NCBI RefSeq assembly: GCF_033153115.1
Contig: NW_026889764.1
Location: 14,074,001 to 14,138,000, forward strand
Length of the DNA: 64,000 nt
Source: Saccostrea echinata
Taxonomy: Eukaryota
Direction: 5' to 3'
The notes under the pieces are model-generated. The model was given only the letters and a program-made list of their open reading frames with translations. It did no database searches and was not told where the DNA came from. The position numbers and the translations under genes are program-made. Shown here in pieces: positions 53,435 to 64,000 of this stretch. Within the stretch, counting starts at the first letter, position 1; every line of letters starts with the position of its first letter.

Positions 53435-56203
53435 CAGACCCTGAAACGTGCTACTACCCCAAAAAAGCGTGTGACTTTCGTGCGCTTTTCGTTTCGTGCA
53501 AACCGTGTAGCGTTTCGTATAAACCGTGCAGCGTTTCGTGCAAACCGTGTAGCGTTTCGTGTAAACCGTGCAGCATTTCGTGTAAGCTCCAAAGCGTTCC
53601 GTGCAAACCGTTTAGCGAGCGTGCAAGAAGCGTGTCAGAAACGTGCGACTTTCGTGTAAGAACCGTGTTAGAAACGTGCGACTTTCGTGCAAGAATCGTG
53701 TGAGAAATGTGTAGGTTTCATTCGGAAGTCCTTTTATTTTAAATATGGCTATCGATGGATCAACATGTAATTATGTGTTGTTTGTAACTAATATTATTCG
53801 GATATATCATACTGGTGGCATTTTAAAGGTGAAAAAAAATACGATAACAACAATATAAAATTACTCGGTAATGTATAACATATTTGTTTGATTTTCTTTC
53901 TTTTTTATTTCAATAAAGATGGACAGAAAATGTGTTAAAAGTAATTAATTAAATTATATGCACATTAATTTTAAGGTTTTTGATTCAATACATTTTTAAA
54001 GGGGGCAATACTGAACATTTTTTAAAGAAAATTCATTAGGAATCCGGTCTTGTCTGTTTCATTCATTTATTTGAATCTCTTCACCATTTCACAATTATGG
54101 GATACAGAGATTACAAGAACATATCGGTGATTAAAACAAAATAATTGATAGATATTGCAGGAGTGAAAAATAAAATGCAAAATTTAGTGCGTTGCTATAA
54201 ATGTGAAGTATTGGAATTCTAGGCCGGGGGCACAGTTAATTGATTTTCCTTATAAACGAACATAATTTTCTTATATTACATGATTGTGATACAAATAATT
54301 TTGAAACGATGAGTCATTTATAGTCTTTTTTTATGCATAAAATTGGTTGATTTATAGTAGTCAAATAAATGAATTATAACTCACATGCATCGGCAAATAC
54401 AGGGTTAAATATTTCCGAAAGGGGGGGGGGGGTGATCAAATGAAAACACAAACTGAGTTTTTGTTTTAAACAAGTGTTTTATTGATAATTTACTGTTTAA
54501 AAAAATTATTGTTTCTTTCGGGATGCGCCCGATGCACCCCTTAAAAATATATTGGAATCTTCTTTACGCTTTCAACACTCTTCTTACAACTGTGATCAAA
54601 GTTATTTACAACAGCGATCACGGACTCCGCGTGCCGCGGGACTGAAACTTGTTCTGCTATTATCTCTTGTCAATCATAGCTTAGATGACAATCGACAATA
54701 ACGATTGATTTTTGATTCGTGAAATTGACCGTTTTACTAGTATTTAATGGGCATAAATAAATACCAGTGAGTTTTATTTCTTAAATTTATCCAATTGTCT
54801 GTAAACAGTGAATTAATTTGCCAGTATATTCGTGAATCAAATAATATAAAGAAATGAATTCTGAATAATTATATATTATTTGTTTTATTAATCACGCAGT
54901 TCTAGAGCATATTTTTTTTAGTTTTTAGGACATTGGACATGTATACATATATAATATATAATATTATATTGAAAGTATTGTTAAGAGCCGCGACTATTGA
55001 TTATATAATTATTAATTTTTTTTTTTTTTTGGGGGGGGGGTGTCTAGACGGGGTTTGAAATCAAGGATTTTAAAAGGTGGTGGGTATGTTGTATTTATTT
55101 GATAAACACAATGCCTCAACAGAGAACTAAAGAATTACAATACATATCCTCCTGGCTTTTCTACCATATAAAATTTTAATGATGAATTAAAGTTTAATTC
55201 TGTAAAGAAACGATATATTTACCATTCTGAATAATGTGCATTTATTGAGTTGCATGTATCGGGTCCTGCTGGATATGGATATCCTTTTTTTTCTTAGGAC
55301 GGGCACTTGTTTTTCTGAGAGTTTTTTTCCCGATGGTATACTTACTGAAACAAGTGTACAGATTTGAAGATACAACAGTAAGATCTCGGTAATCTACCCC
55401 CCCCCTTTCCTGCACAATGTTCCTGTTTGATACAGTTTACTTATTACCTTTGCAAATTCCAAACAGAACTTTATTTAATCTAATGAATTTTTTTTTACTA
55501 ATCAAAAAATGTATGAATCAATCAATAATTAAAAGAAAGGAAAAGAAAATCAATCCGTTTACAGAAATCATACGCAATTTAATCAATTTTTTTTTTTTTC
55601 AAATCAATAACTGAGTTTATTTGTCAGTAATAAAACGACTTTTTAAATATCAAACTATAATTGTAAAAACATTAATGCTGTAAATGATTATGAATTACAG
55701 ATATAATTATTTCTTTCAGAGCGTAATCTAGAGTCTAGTGGAAAAAAAGGTTTGTACACAGACGATGATAAGTGTTTCACCGGGCGGGTCACATACTCAG
55801 TAACAACTATTAATCAATTACAACTAAACATTGAGTATTTTATCTGTTAATATAGTACTGGTGTAAATTTTTCAATTAAGTTTTAATCTTAACTGAATCT
55901 GAATGATTGCAATTCTTAACTAATCTTTGATTAATCCGTAATAATTGAAATAAAGTCCGAGAGATTCCGAATAGAAAATCCAGATCAAGGCCAAAGCGTG
56001 AATCGTGTACTAAGCGTGTGAGAAACGTGTACAAAGCGTTTCGTGCAGGCTTTCGTGTAAACCGTGCAGCCTTTCGTGCAAAGCGTTTCGTGCAAACCGT
56101 GTAGCGTTTCGTATAATCCGTGCAGCGTTTCGTGCAAACCGTGTAGCGAGCGTGTACCGTTCGTGCAGCGTGCGTGTGGGGTAGTAGCACGTTTCAGTGT
56201 CTG
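53435..56203. mobile_element. Non-autonomous TIR element with 21-bp subterminal arrays
   Basis: 26-bp TIRs cagaccctgaaacgtgctactacccc / ggggtagtagcacgtttcagtgtctg, TA on both flanks. Arrays of aaaccgtgyagcgtttcgtgc at ~53490-53710 and ~55995-56175. Confidence 0.85.
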
Positions 56204-57387
56204 TAATTCAACTAATAGGTTTTAAAAGATAGTCTTTACCATGTTTACCGACTTTAGTTTTGTGCATCAAGGTTCGCAAAATAATTTGATAGACAGCAAT
56301 CCAAACAGAGCTTGATAAAGGCTTGTAGCAACGTTTTTCCATGTGGGGGAGAGGGAGAAACATAAAAAAATTCTGCGTACTACAGATCTGTGCTACACGA
56401 GTACCATCTATCTTTCAAATGAAGGAGTATCTTTCATATAAATCTAGTACAGATGTCAAGTCCCAGCCGTTATGGGTTACATGTATCGAAATAGCCAGTT
56501 TTTTTTAATGACAAAACTATAGGCCATATAATTGAGGATGAAATTTAACAATTTTGTTATGAAAATACAATCACTCAAAGTAGGCAGATCAATGTAGAAA
56601 ATGTTAACGAAAGGTTAACCTCTTCCACCTCTCAGGGTAACCAATGAACTCGTCCATGGATGCATTGACGATCGACGTCTTTGTAAGAAGAATAGATATC
56701 CAAGATATTCGACTTTTAATTTACTCCAATTTAACTAGAAAAACACTGCATATGTTATGAAACTTGTGTATTGTTTTTCATGTCCGTAGCAAATACTATC
56801 ACCAGTCTAAGCGTCACTAACATACAGTGCACACACCTGTGCTTGCTGGACCAAATAGCCTAGGTCTACACATTTGCGATGAGATTGTCAATCACATCTT
56901 CTCAGACCTTTTTGGCGATCTCGGAAAAACACATTGTTTTGCCGAGAAGTTATGATTGCAGGTAATTACACACAAAATTAATTTTTTTAAAGGAAAAATG
57001 GTTTTAAATTGATTGAGGTAATCGATAACCTAGCATCGCTTTAGAAAACTCGAGACCCTTTAGTGCCGAGACCCTGTAGTGCTCCAGTTCAGGGTCGGAT
57101 CCAGCAGTTTTTGAAATGGGGGGGGGGGATTCTATGTCAAACCGCAGGCGCTTAAATTCAAGTCCGTAGCAACGGTTTTCAAAGAGGGCAACCCCCAAAA
57201 AGAGTTGACAAGCAAAAAATAAATAAATAAAATTAAAATAACAACCTGTGCAAAACACTGTAAAATCTTATTTCGGGGGGAGGGGGAGGGACTTCCTCTA
57301 ACTTTTCGGTACATTTTGATTTCTTTTAAATGTTTGATTTTTCCGTATTTTGAACATAAAAAAAAATCATGACCTTGAAATGATATG

Positions 57388-58542
57388 AATGAAATATATG
57401 GAGATAACGAACAGTATTCAAGGTCAAAAGTCCATAATCAATACAAAATAGGAGCAGAGCAAACACGGACCTCCAAACATCAGAGGTGGGATCAGGTGCC
57501 ATGGAGGAGTGAGCATCCCCTGCCGACCGGTCACACCCGCCGTGTGCTCCTTGTCATGACCGGGAAATAACGGAAAAATCCGTCGACAATTCAGTGTGTA
57601 AATAATGGCCTAACAATTAGTGTGAAAAACGTCAGTCAGCATTTGACTCAATGATAAATTGTATTTGCTGACAAGGTCATTGTATCGACCATAGAACTTA
57701 CGAAATGATGACTTTAAACGAGACAGCTGATATTCTTGTTTCATCAACTTATTTGTCAATAATTTACCTCGTTTTAGAAATTGTACATACGTAGAGCATG
57801 CTCTTGCATATCGAATCAACTGAAAGATATATACCCCGTATGCAGGTGATGAAGGTATATTGCTGCATAAGTAAGGGAAGTTGACGATTGAAAAGTTAAA
57901 GTCATCACGTTTATCATAAAGCTTGGTTGTTAGATTACCATTAACGTCTTTTTCAAGTAAAATATCCAAATATGAAACAGATGTGTCAGACTCTGTGGTA
58001 TCTTTTATCTCACGTTCACAAGGATATATCGTATTGACATAAGAATGGAAATAGCCGTTGTTAATTGACAATACATCGTCGATATCTCTAAATGTCGAGT
58101 TGAAGGTCACAACAAGTGTTTTCTTCTTTTCACGTACAAGATTTTGGACAAATTCTGCTTCATATGAATACAAAAAAAGGTCTGCTAATAACGGGTCACA
58201 ATTGGTACCCATGGGAATTCCAATAGGTTGTTGGAAGACCTGGTCTCCAAAAACCACATAGATATTGTCAATCAGAAACTCAAGCATCTTTTTAATGTCA
58301 ACTTCAGAGTACTTGTGTGAACAATCAGAATGTTTTTTAACAAAATAATTTTGCAAATGACCAATGACAAGGTAAGTATATTTACGAGTTCCATTTTTAT
58401 TGAAAAATCAGTTGTCAATGATATCAAAAAGCCTGGACTTTAATTTATCGTGGGGAATGGTTGTGTACAAAGTTGAAAAGTCGTAAGTTTTTAAGCTGTT
58501 GATTTTGGTAAAATCTTGTGATTTCAAATTTTCCAAAAGTTA
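57388..58542 (-). mobile_element. Best-preserved Penelope-like (Naiad-type) copy: RT core to C-terminus plus 3' module, 5'-truncated
   Basis: TYDFSTLYTTIPH, GIPMGTNC.PLLADLFLY, FR(D)IDD and YDKRDDF..PAYGVYI.QLIRYARAC. The ORF ends at 57610 with no C-terminal GIY-YIG, consistent with the N-terminal-EN Naiad type. Confidence 0.88.
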
Positions 58543-59318
58543 TGAATATAAAATATTGATCTAGGTATCTATCAGAATTGTAATGTAGCCTTTAAAATTT
58601 TAAAATATATTTTTTTTATCATTACAGCCTAATTAAGCAGACTTAAATAACGATGAAAATTATACAATATACATGTAAAAAAAATAATTACACCTTTTTA
58701 AAATCACTAAATCTAGAAATTTTCTTTGAATTTTTTTTAGAAACACATGCATATGGTCCAAGTATTGCAATCCTTTTTTAAAGGGGACAGCAACTTGTTT
58801 ATATTTTCTCGGTGGTATTAAACATAATGTAAAGTTACCTTTTCACCATTTAAGTTAATACAATGATGAGTATCAATCACTAAACTTTTTTACGTGAAAT
58901 GGAATTCTTTGATTTTCTTTCACCTAATGTGAGTCCCTCATGTGAATCAGAAATAACTCTCCTCATAAGCTGTTGTCAGGTGTTTATCATTCGAATTTTT
59001 AAAACTATTGTGTATATGTTTGAAACTGCCTTTACAAATACAAACCACCTTAATTATATAGAAAAATTAAATATTCAGATTGTCTATCCTCCATATATAA
59101 AAAACAGAAAGAAAAACGATGTTTCAGTTAAAACTGAATGGTGTATTTCGTGCCTTTTCAATGACCATTCAGTTACTGAATAAGGCATATACACTTCAGT
59201 AATCTTATCTTATCTTTCAGTCACAATTCAGCCGCATTACACTAACTATTCAGTAGACACATATCAGTAAACATCAGTAAACATCAAGTGAATTTTCCGT
59301 GCCTTTTCCCTGTCTTTT

Positions 59319-59491
59319 CAATGGCGGATTTACAGGGGGCCCAGGGGGCCTACCCCCACCCTTTGTGTCCAAAATATACATACGATTGAAAACTAGTAAA
59401 TCAAATTTTTTTTTGATGTGGCCGTGGGCCCCTACCCCGACGCCAAACTGCCCTCCCCCCCTTTTTTTTAAGATTTTTGGATCGGCCACTG
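59319..59491. mobile_element. Short GC-rich hAT-like MITE
   Basis: Imperfect TIRs caatggcggatt / ggatcggccactg, with ctttt on both flanks. Confidence 0.5.
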
Positions 59492-59498
59492 CTTTTAA

Positions 59499-59835
59499 GG
59501 ACATACGCAACGTAGTTTGAACTTTATTGTCTTTTTCTCTGGAGTTGAAGAGTTCCACTACTTAAAGGAACTGCGTGCTACATTTTAATGTCTATATATG
59601 CTGTTGTACACTTCTTTTAAAACAAGTTTGTATAAACAAAACATATAGAATATATGTTTAGTAATTTTTGTAAATTTTTCTTTGAATTATACAAGAATTT
59701 TCATCAATTTATATCTTTTCAAAACCCCTGGTAATGCATACTGATTTTTTGTCTACGAACATCTGATGGCACTATAATCATAAATTAAGAATATCTTGAA
59801 AAATTATCAGTAGGTAAGGTACGTTGCGTATGTCC
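59499..59835. mobile_element. Kolobok-like MITE
   Basis: Perfect 16-bp TIRs ggacatacgcaacgta / tacgttgcgtatgtcc, TTAA TSD and GG..CC termini. Confidence 0.85.
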
Positions 59836-59844
59836 TTAATATGT

Positions 59845-60600
59845 CTTTTTCGTCAACCGCTCTTATAGTCTAAATCAATAATGATTTTGAAAAAATATAG
59901 TTTTTGCTTCTTTCCTCAACTTTTGCAAAAAAAATAGCCGACTTTTCATACGAAATTCAAACGATTGCATATGTTCATATTTTCAAAGCCTTCAGAGAAA
60001 TATATCAATCCATTTTTGTAGTATGTACAAGCTCAGTTTATTTGATATCTTAAATATAACGGAGAAATTCAAATACGTTTTATAAAGGATCAATGAAAAA
60101 TCAAAGAGTGTCATCAAACAATAAATCAAAATGATAATTCAAGTTACTAACTAGAATTGAATACTGTGCAAATTTTTTACAAATGTAAAATTATAATTTG
60201 ATTCAAAGCATTCGAATTGCAAGTACAATTTCAGGATGACGAAACGTTGACAACCAACGGTGACCACATATATCCTGCTCCTTATTTGAAATCGGAAGAT
60301 GGAGGAATTCATGGTCATCATAAGCACATGAGGGGGGTAAGTTTGTTGCAATTCAGCCATCCTTTTCACTTTCCTTTGACATCGTATCAAAGTTAAACAA
60401 AACAGTCCGACGTTTTCCATTATTTTTTTCATTCATAATACTGAAACACAGATACGTATGATTTTATTTTCTTCATGCAATAGATATTTTTCTTCATTTA
60501 AGCCAATCTGAGTCACTAGTATGACACAGAAAAAACCGTTCATCATTTACCATCTTGGAAAGTATTCTTTTTTTTTTCTCTCTCTCTTTTTCTTCTCAAA
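59845..60600. repeat. Dispersed copy of the ~730-bp unit found at 1-2340
   Basis: gtagtatgtacaagctc..aaaggatcaat..gagtgtcat..gatgacgaaac.ttgacaacc..ggtgaccacata..gctccttatttgaa..aatactgaaacaca, co-linear with the array units. Confidence 0.8.
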
Positions 60601-60603
60601 TAT

Positions 60604-61430
60604 TATAACACAACGACTTGGATACGGTTATATATATATATATATTTATTAAGTCACAGTTGTACAATAGACGTCATGTAGATGAACAGTTAAAACAAAT
60701 TGTCAGCACAGCTTCTAAGTAAGAGTCCTTAGTACAAATCACTAGTGCTGTTAACTACTACAGTTCACTTGTAGTCTTACTAGTACAATCGCTAGTACAG
60801 TCAATCCTCTAGAAGCCTTACTAGTACAAGGGAGGCAGAAAGTTCTAAAGTTCGTATAGTGGTTAGTTTCAGTGTGTGTCTCTCATCTCAATTTCTTAAT
60901 CTGTCCTCCGCCCGTCCAGTCTCAGAATATATATTAATATTTCCAATCGTCAGATCATGGCATTATTATTGGAAAGTTTCTAAATTATTCCGTACATTTA
61001 TGAAATTGCTTCGTTCGATTTACTTTCAGAATTAATCAAGTGTTCAATTACAATATTGAATGTGGTCAATTGATGTTATCAAGTCATTTCCCAATACATT
61101 TAATTATTAGATACCAATAATGGGATGCTGACCACATAAATATTTAGATAATGGTCTTTCCTTCAATTATGATATTTCATCAATGTCAAGCTGACATGTC
61201 ACGCTGATCCATAATATTTCACATTAATATTTACATCAATATTGAACTACATTAAAGACAATTAGTATATAGAAAAGAATGTATGAGAACCTAAATGGCT
61301 CTCAAGGACTATAAGGATTATTATGCCTAATACACATATGTCCTTATTAATCAAATACACGAAACACAACATAGATTAAAAGTTAATATATAGTTTGTTT
61401 ATATAAAAGGTAAGCTCCAATTGTGTTACA
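60604..61430 (-). mobile_element. 3' LTR of a Gypsy retrotransposon (~827 bp)
   Basis: On the minus strand it starts TGTAACACAA directly after the PPT gagggaggaa (61440-61431) and ends TTGTGTTATA. AATAAA lies ~45 nt from the end. Confidence 0.85.
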
Positions 61431-61817
61431 TTCCTCCCTCACAGGAGATGAATTAGTTTAATTCATATTCGATGGAATTTGAACATGTTGATTCCTTTTA
61501 TATATATATATATCCTGTGGGTATTTTATGCCTCTTTGGTTTGTAAGTATCGGCATAAAGCTATTCTCCCTCGTCTGTTAGGTATATCATTGAAGAATTG
61601 GTAAATGAGAAGTAATATGCTCTCATGTAGTATTGAGGAATGTATAATTAGTTACAACACACAGTTTACGACATAATGAAATCTTCCTCCACCTGGAAAT
61701 TGCACAACACAGTAATGCATGTTTTATTAAACATTAATCTCGAAATTAACATACTGTCCAATATTCACGATCCTCGGCTCTTATATGAAAGAGGGATCGA
61801 CTTACACAAAAGTTCAT

Positions 61818-62260
61818 TTATAATACAGTGGGGTCTTCAGTTTTGGTGGTAAGAACATCCGTCCTGAGTTTCGGATAAAGTTTTGTAATGGTGTCGACAG
61901 AGTCAACTCCAGCAATGAAAGCAGTAGTCGTTGATGGTGCAGATGCCTCATTGTGTCTGCTAGTGTTATCTTCACTAGGGGATTTAATCGCCACCAATTT
62001 TAGTTGTTCCTTCTCTCCGCCTGCTTTCTTAACCTTCTGCCAAAATCTACCTGACCAACGCCTTTTACACTTATAATAGATAATAAATAGAATCCCTAGG
62101 ATTAAAGCGATGCTGATTATTAAAATAGAATAAACCCAATTTGGCCAACCCTCATTTGGAGATAAAGGATTAATAAAATCAGTACTTGTCAATTAATAAA
62201 CCAGTCTGCCCATTGGTACTGGCTCAAGGTCAGGTAATTTAGCAGGTATTTTAAAAAGGT
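61818..62260 (-). pseudogene. env-like ORF remnant (single transmembrane helix plus cytoplasmic tail)
   Basis: KIPAKLPDLEPVPMGRLVY*LTSTDF...WPNWVYSILIISIALILGILFIIYY-KCKRRW, located between the pol stop and the PPT on the same strand. Confidence 0.6.
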
Positions 62261-62636
62261 TTTAAGAAACATTGTATGCCTTTATAAAAGTTTGCAATAT
62301 ATCAGTTATATCCTCTTAATGATAATTATGAAAAGGTAGTGTTTATTCACTTATTACTGAATTTATTACTGAACTGAGCCTTCGTTTGTAAAGGAGGTTT
62401 GACAATGAAATCAATAGTTAACAAACTTTGAAATGATTTTCTTTTTATTAATATTTTCAAATGACAATTTAATTTAGGTAGATCATAGAAGTCCAACTTC
62501 CTTTTATTAAGTATTAAACCATTATTATTTTTTTTTTTTTTGAATAGCAACAGATAGTATACAATATTTCCAAATCTTTTGTTTGTCTTGCAAGAACAAT
62601 GTGATCACATACAGTAAATTAAAAGATTAGTTGACA

Positions 62637-64000
62637 TCAGAGTAAGTTTGAAATGGTTCGCAAGAGAGTTCGTATGTCATTAGCTCTTTCATTTTCTCTT
62701 TTCTTACTTTTTACTTTTTGTTTGTTTATTCTCTTATGTTTTATTTTACATTCATTAATATCCATAAGTGATTCGTCACTTTCAGATTCGGTCACTTGTC
62801 TGTCATTAATGTTTTGTTTTAGACGTTTTGAAAGCTCATATAACGGAATATCATCTTCAGAAGAAGAATTTTCTCTTTCTCTTCTATATTTTTGAGCTAG
62901 TTTTGCAAGGGGAATATTTTCTTCGTCATTGCTACTTACACTATCATGATTTACTGATATGGGTTCATTTTCCGATTCATTGTCTGACATGTAAGAATCT
63001 CTGTTTGAATTTACAGCATCATTTAAATTGTCACTTTTATCTTCCATGTTTTCATTTTGTTTTTCAAACCCGTGGTTCGTTGAGACCTTATTGTCTGATT
63101 TATTATCATCAGATTCCGATTCTGGGGGCATTACATAGGCGGCTTTACGCAGAGGTCTTCCATGGTCATTTTGGGGTATTTCCCATTCATCGATTTTCGC
63201 TAATCGCAGTAATTCTTTATGCGCTTTCGTCACTTTGCCATCTAATTGACTTTTGATTCTAAACGTTACCGGTGAAATTTGCTCAATTATTCTATAGAAT
63301 GGTTTCCATTTAGATTGAAGCTTACTCTGTCTTAGATTATTTTTATAGTAAACTGGGTCCCCGATCTTTAATTCTACATCTACTGCATTTCTGTTTGCAT
63401 ATTTTGCTTGTCTTCTTTTAGATCGTTTTAAAATTCTGTGAACCATTGTAAAGGATTTGTGCTGTTGTTCTAACGCGATTTTATGCGGATCTTCTCCCAT
63501 ATATCTGCGTCGAGGTTGCAGAATATTATCTATTGGCATAATTACATCTCGATTATAAAGTAAATAAAATGGCGAGAAAGATGAAGATTCATTGATGTTA
63601 AATCGAACTGCGGCTAATGTTTGATTTAGAAAAATATCCCATGTCGTTAAATTGTCTTCTAATTTTTTAGCCAATACATCATGAAGTGTTCGATGGAATC
63701 TCTCAACTTTTGCATTACTTTGAGGATGGTAGTATGATGTTTTTACATGCGAGATGTTTAATTCTTTCAACGTTTCTTTAACTACCTTATTTTCATTTTC
63801 CGTGCCATTGTCAATTATAATTTCTAAGGGAGCTCCAAATCTTGGAAATATTTCCTCAATGATCAAATGCGCGATCGTCTCTGCGGTTTTATCTGGGACT
63901 GCGAAAGCTTCAGGCCAGCCAGAGTAAAGATCTACAAATCCGACAATATATTTGTTTCCTGATAATGACTTCGGATACGGACCTGATAAATCTAAACCAA
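62637..64000 (-). CDS. Gypsy pol C-terminus: integrase (rve) plus acidic low-complexity tail; runs off the window
   Basis: GLDLSGP (D), IIDNGTE (D), YHPQSNAKVERFHRT (E), FSPFYLLYNRD and the GPY/F-like KWKPFYRI. Open frame up to the window edge. Confidence 0.92.
   Translation of the reverse strand, partial: GLDLSGPYPKSLSGNKYIVGFVDLYSGWPEAFAVPDKTAETIAHLIIEEIFPRFGAPLEIIIDNGTENENKVVKETLKELNISHVKTSYYHPQSNAKVERFHRTLHDVLAKKLEDNLTTWDIFLNQTLAAVRFNINESSSFSPFYLLYNRDVIMPIDNILQPRRRYMGEDPHKIALEQQHKSFTMVHRILKRSKRRQAKYANRNAVDVELKIGDPVYYKNNLRQSKLQSKWKPFYRIIEQISPVTFRIKSQLDGKVTKAHKELLRLAKIDEWEIPQNDHGRPLRKAAYVMPPESESDDNKSDNKVSTNHGFEKQNENMEDKSDNLNDAVNSNRDSYMSDNESENEPISVNHDSVSSNDEENIPLAKLAQKYRRERENSSSEDDIPLYELSKRLKQNINDRQVTESESDESLMDINECKIKHKRINKQKVKSKKRENERANDIRTLLRTISNLL

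Noticed and set aside
53471-53710. CRISPR-like appearance and repetitive ORFs (RNAARF)n
   Set aside because: Tandem 21-bp units have no unique spacers and no cas genes. They are subterminal repeats of a TIR element, and the ORFs are by-products.

Overview
AT-rich eukaryotic (animal) genomic DNA with short N gaps, most probably from an oyster or other bivalve (inferred from a Cg170/Helentron-like repeat, V- and Meta-type tRNA SINEs and many Naiad-type Penelope-like copies). The window is mostly nested mobile DNA. (1) An ISL2EU/IS4EU (PIF/Harbinger-related) transposon, ~11471-17488, with a broken THAP-DDE transposase, split by a 1-kb CMC/EnSpm-type MITE, facing an intact spliced SAP-SWIM-YqaJ nuclease gene. 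(2) A 5.75-kb hAT-like (hATw-type) element with 17-bp TIRs and a 7-bp TSD, inserted into a Penelope-like RT. (3) About eight Penelope-like (Naiad-type) fragments sharing a structured 3' module. (4) Three mariner-type elements, IS3EU-like, Kolobok-like and other MITEs, and SINEs. (5) A minimal hammerhead ribozyme. (6) The 3' end of a Gypsy LTR retrotransposon with an env-like membrane-protein remnant. The only host gene seen is a minus-strand multi-exon TSP1x3 / beta-rich module / CBM14 chitin-binding gene (27548-37079) that carries several lesions and is probably an unprocessed pseudogene. No prokaryotic features or CRISPR arrays were found. All family names come from motif and terminus recognition, not database searches.
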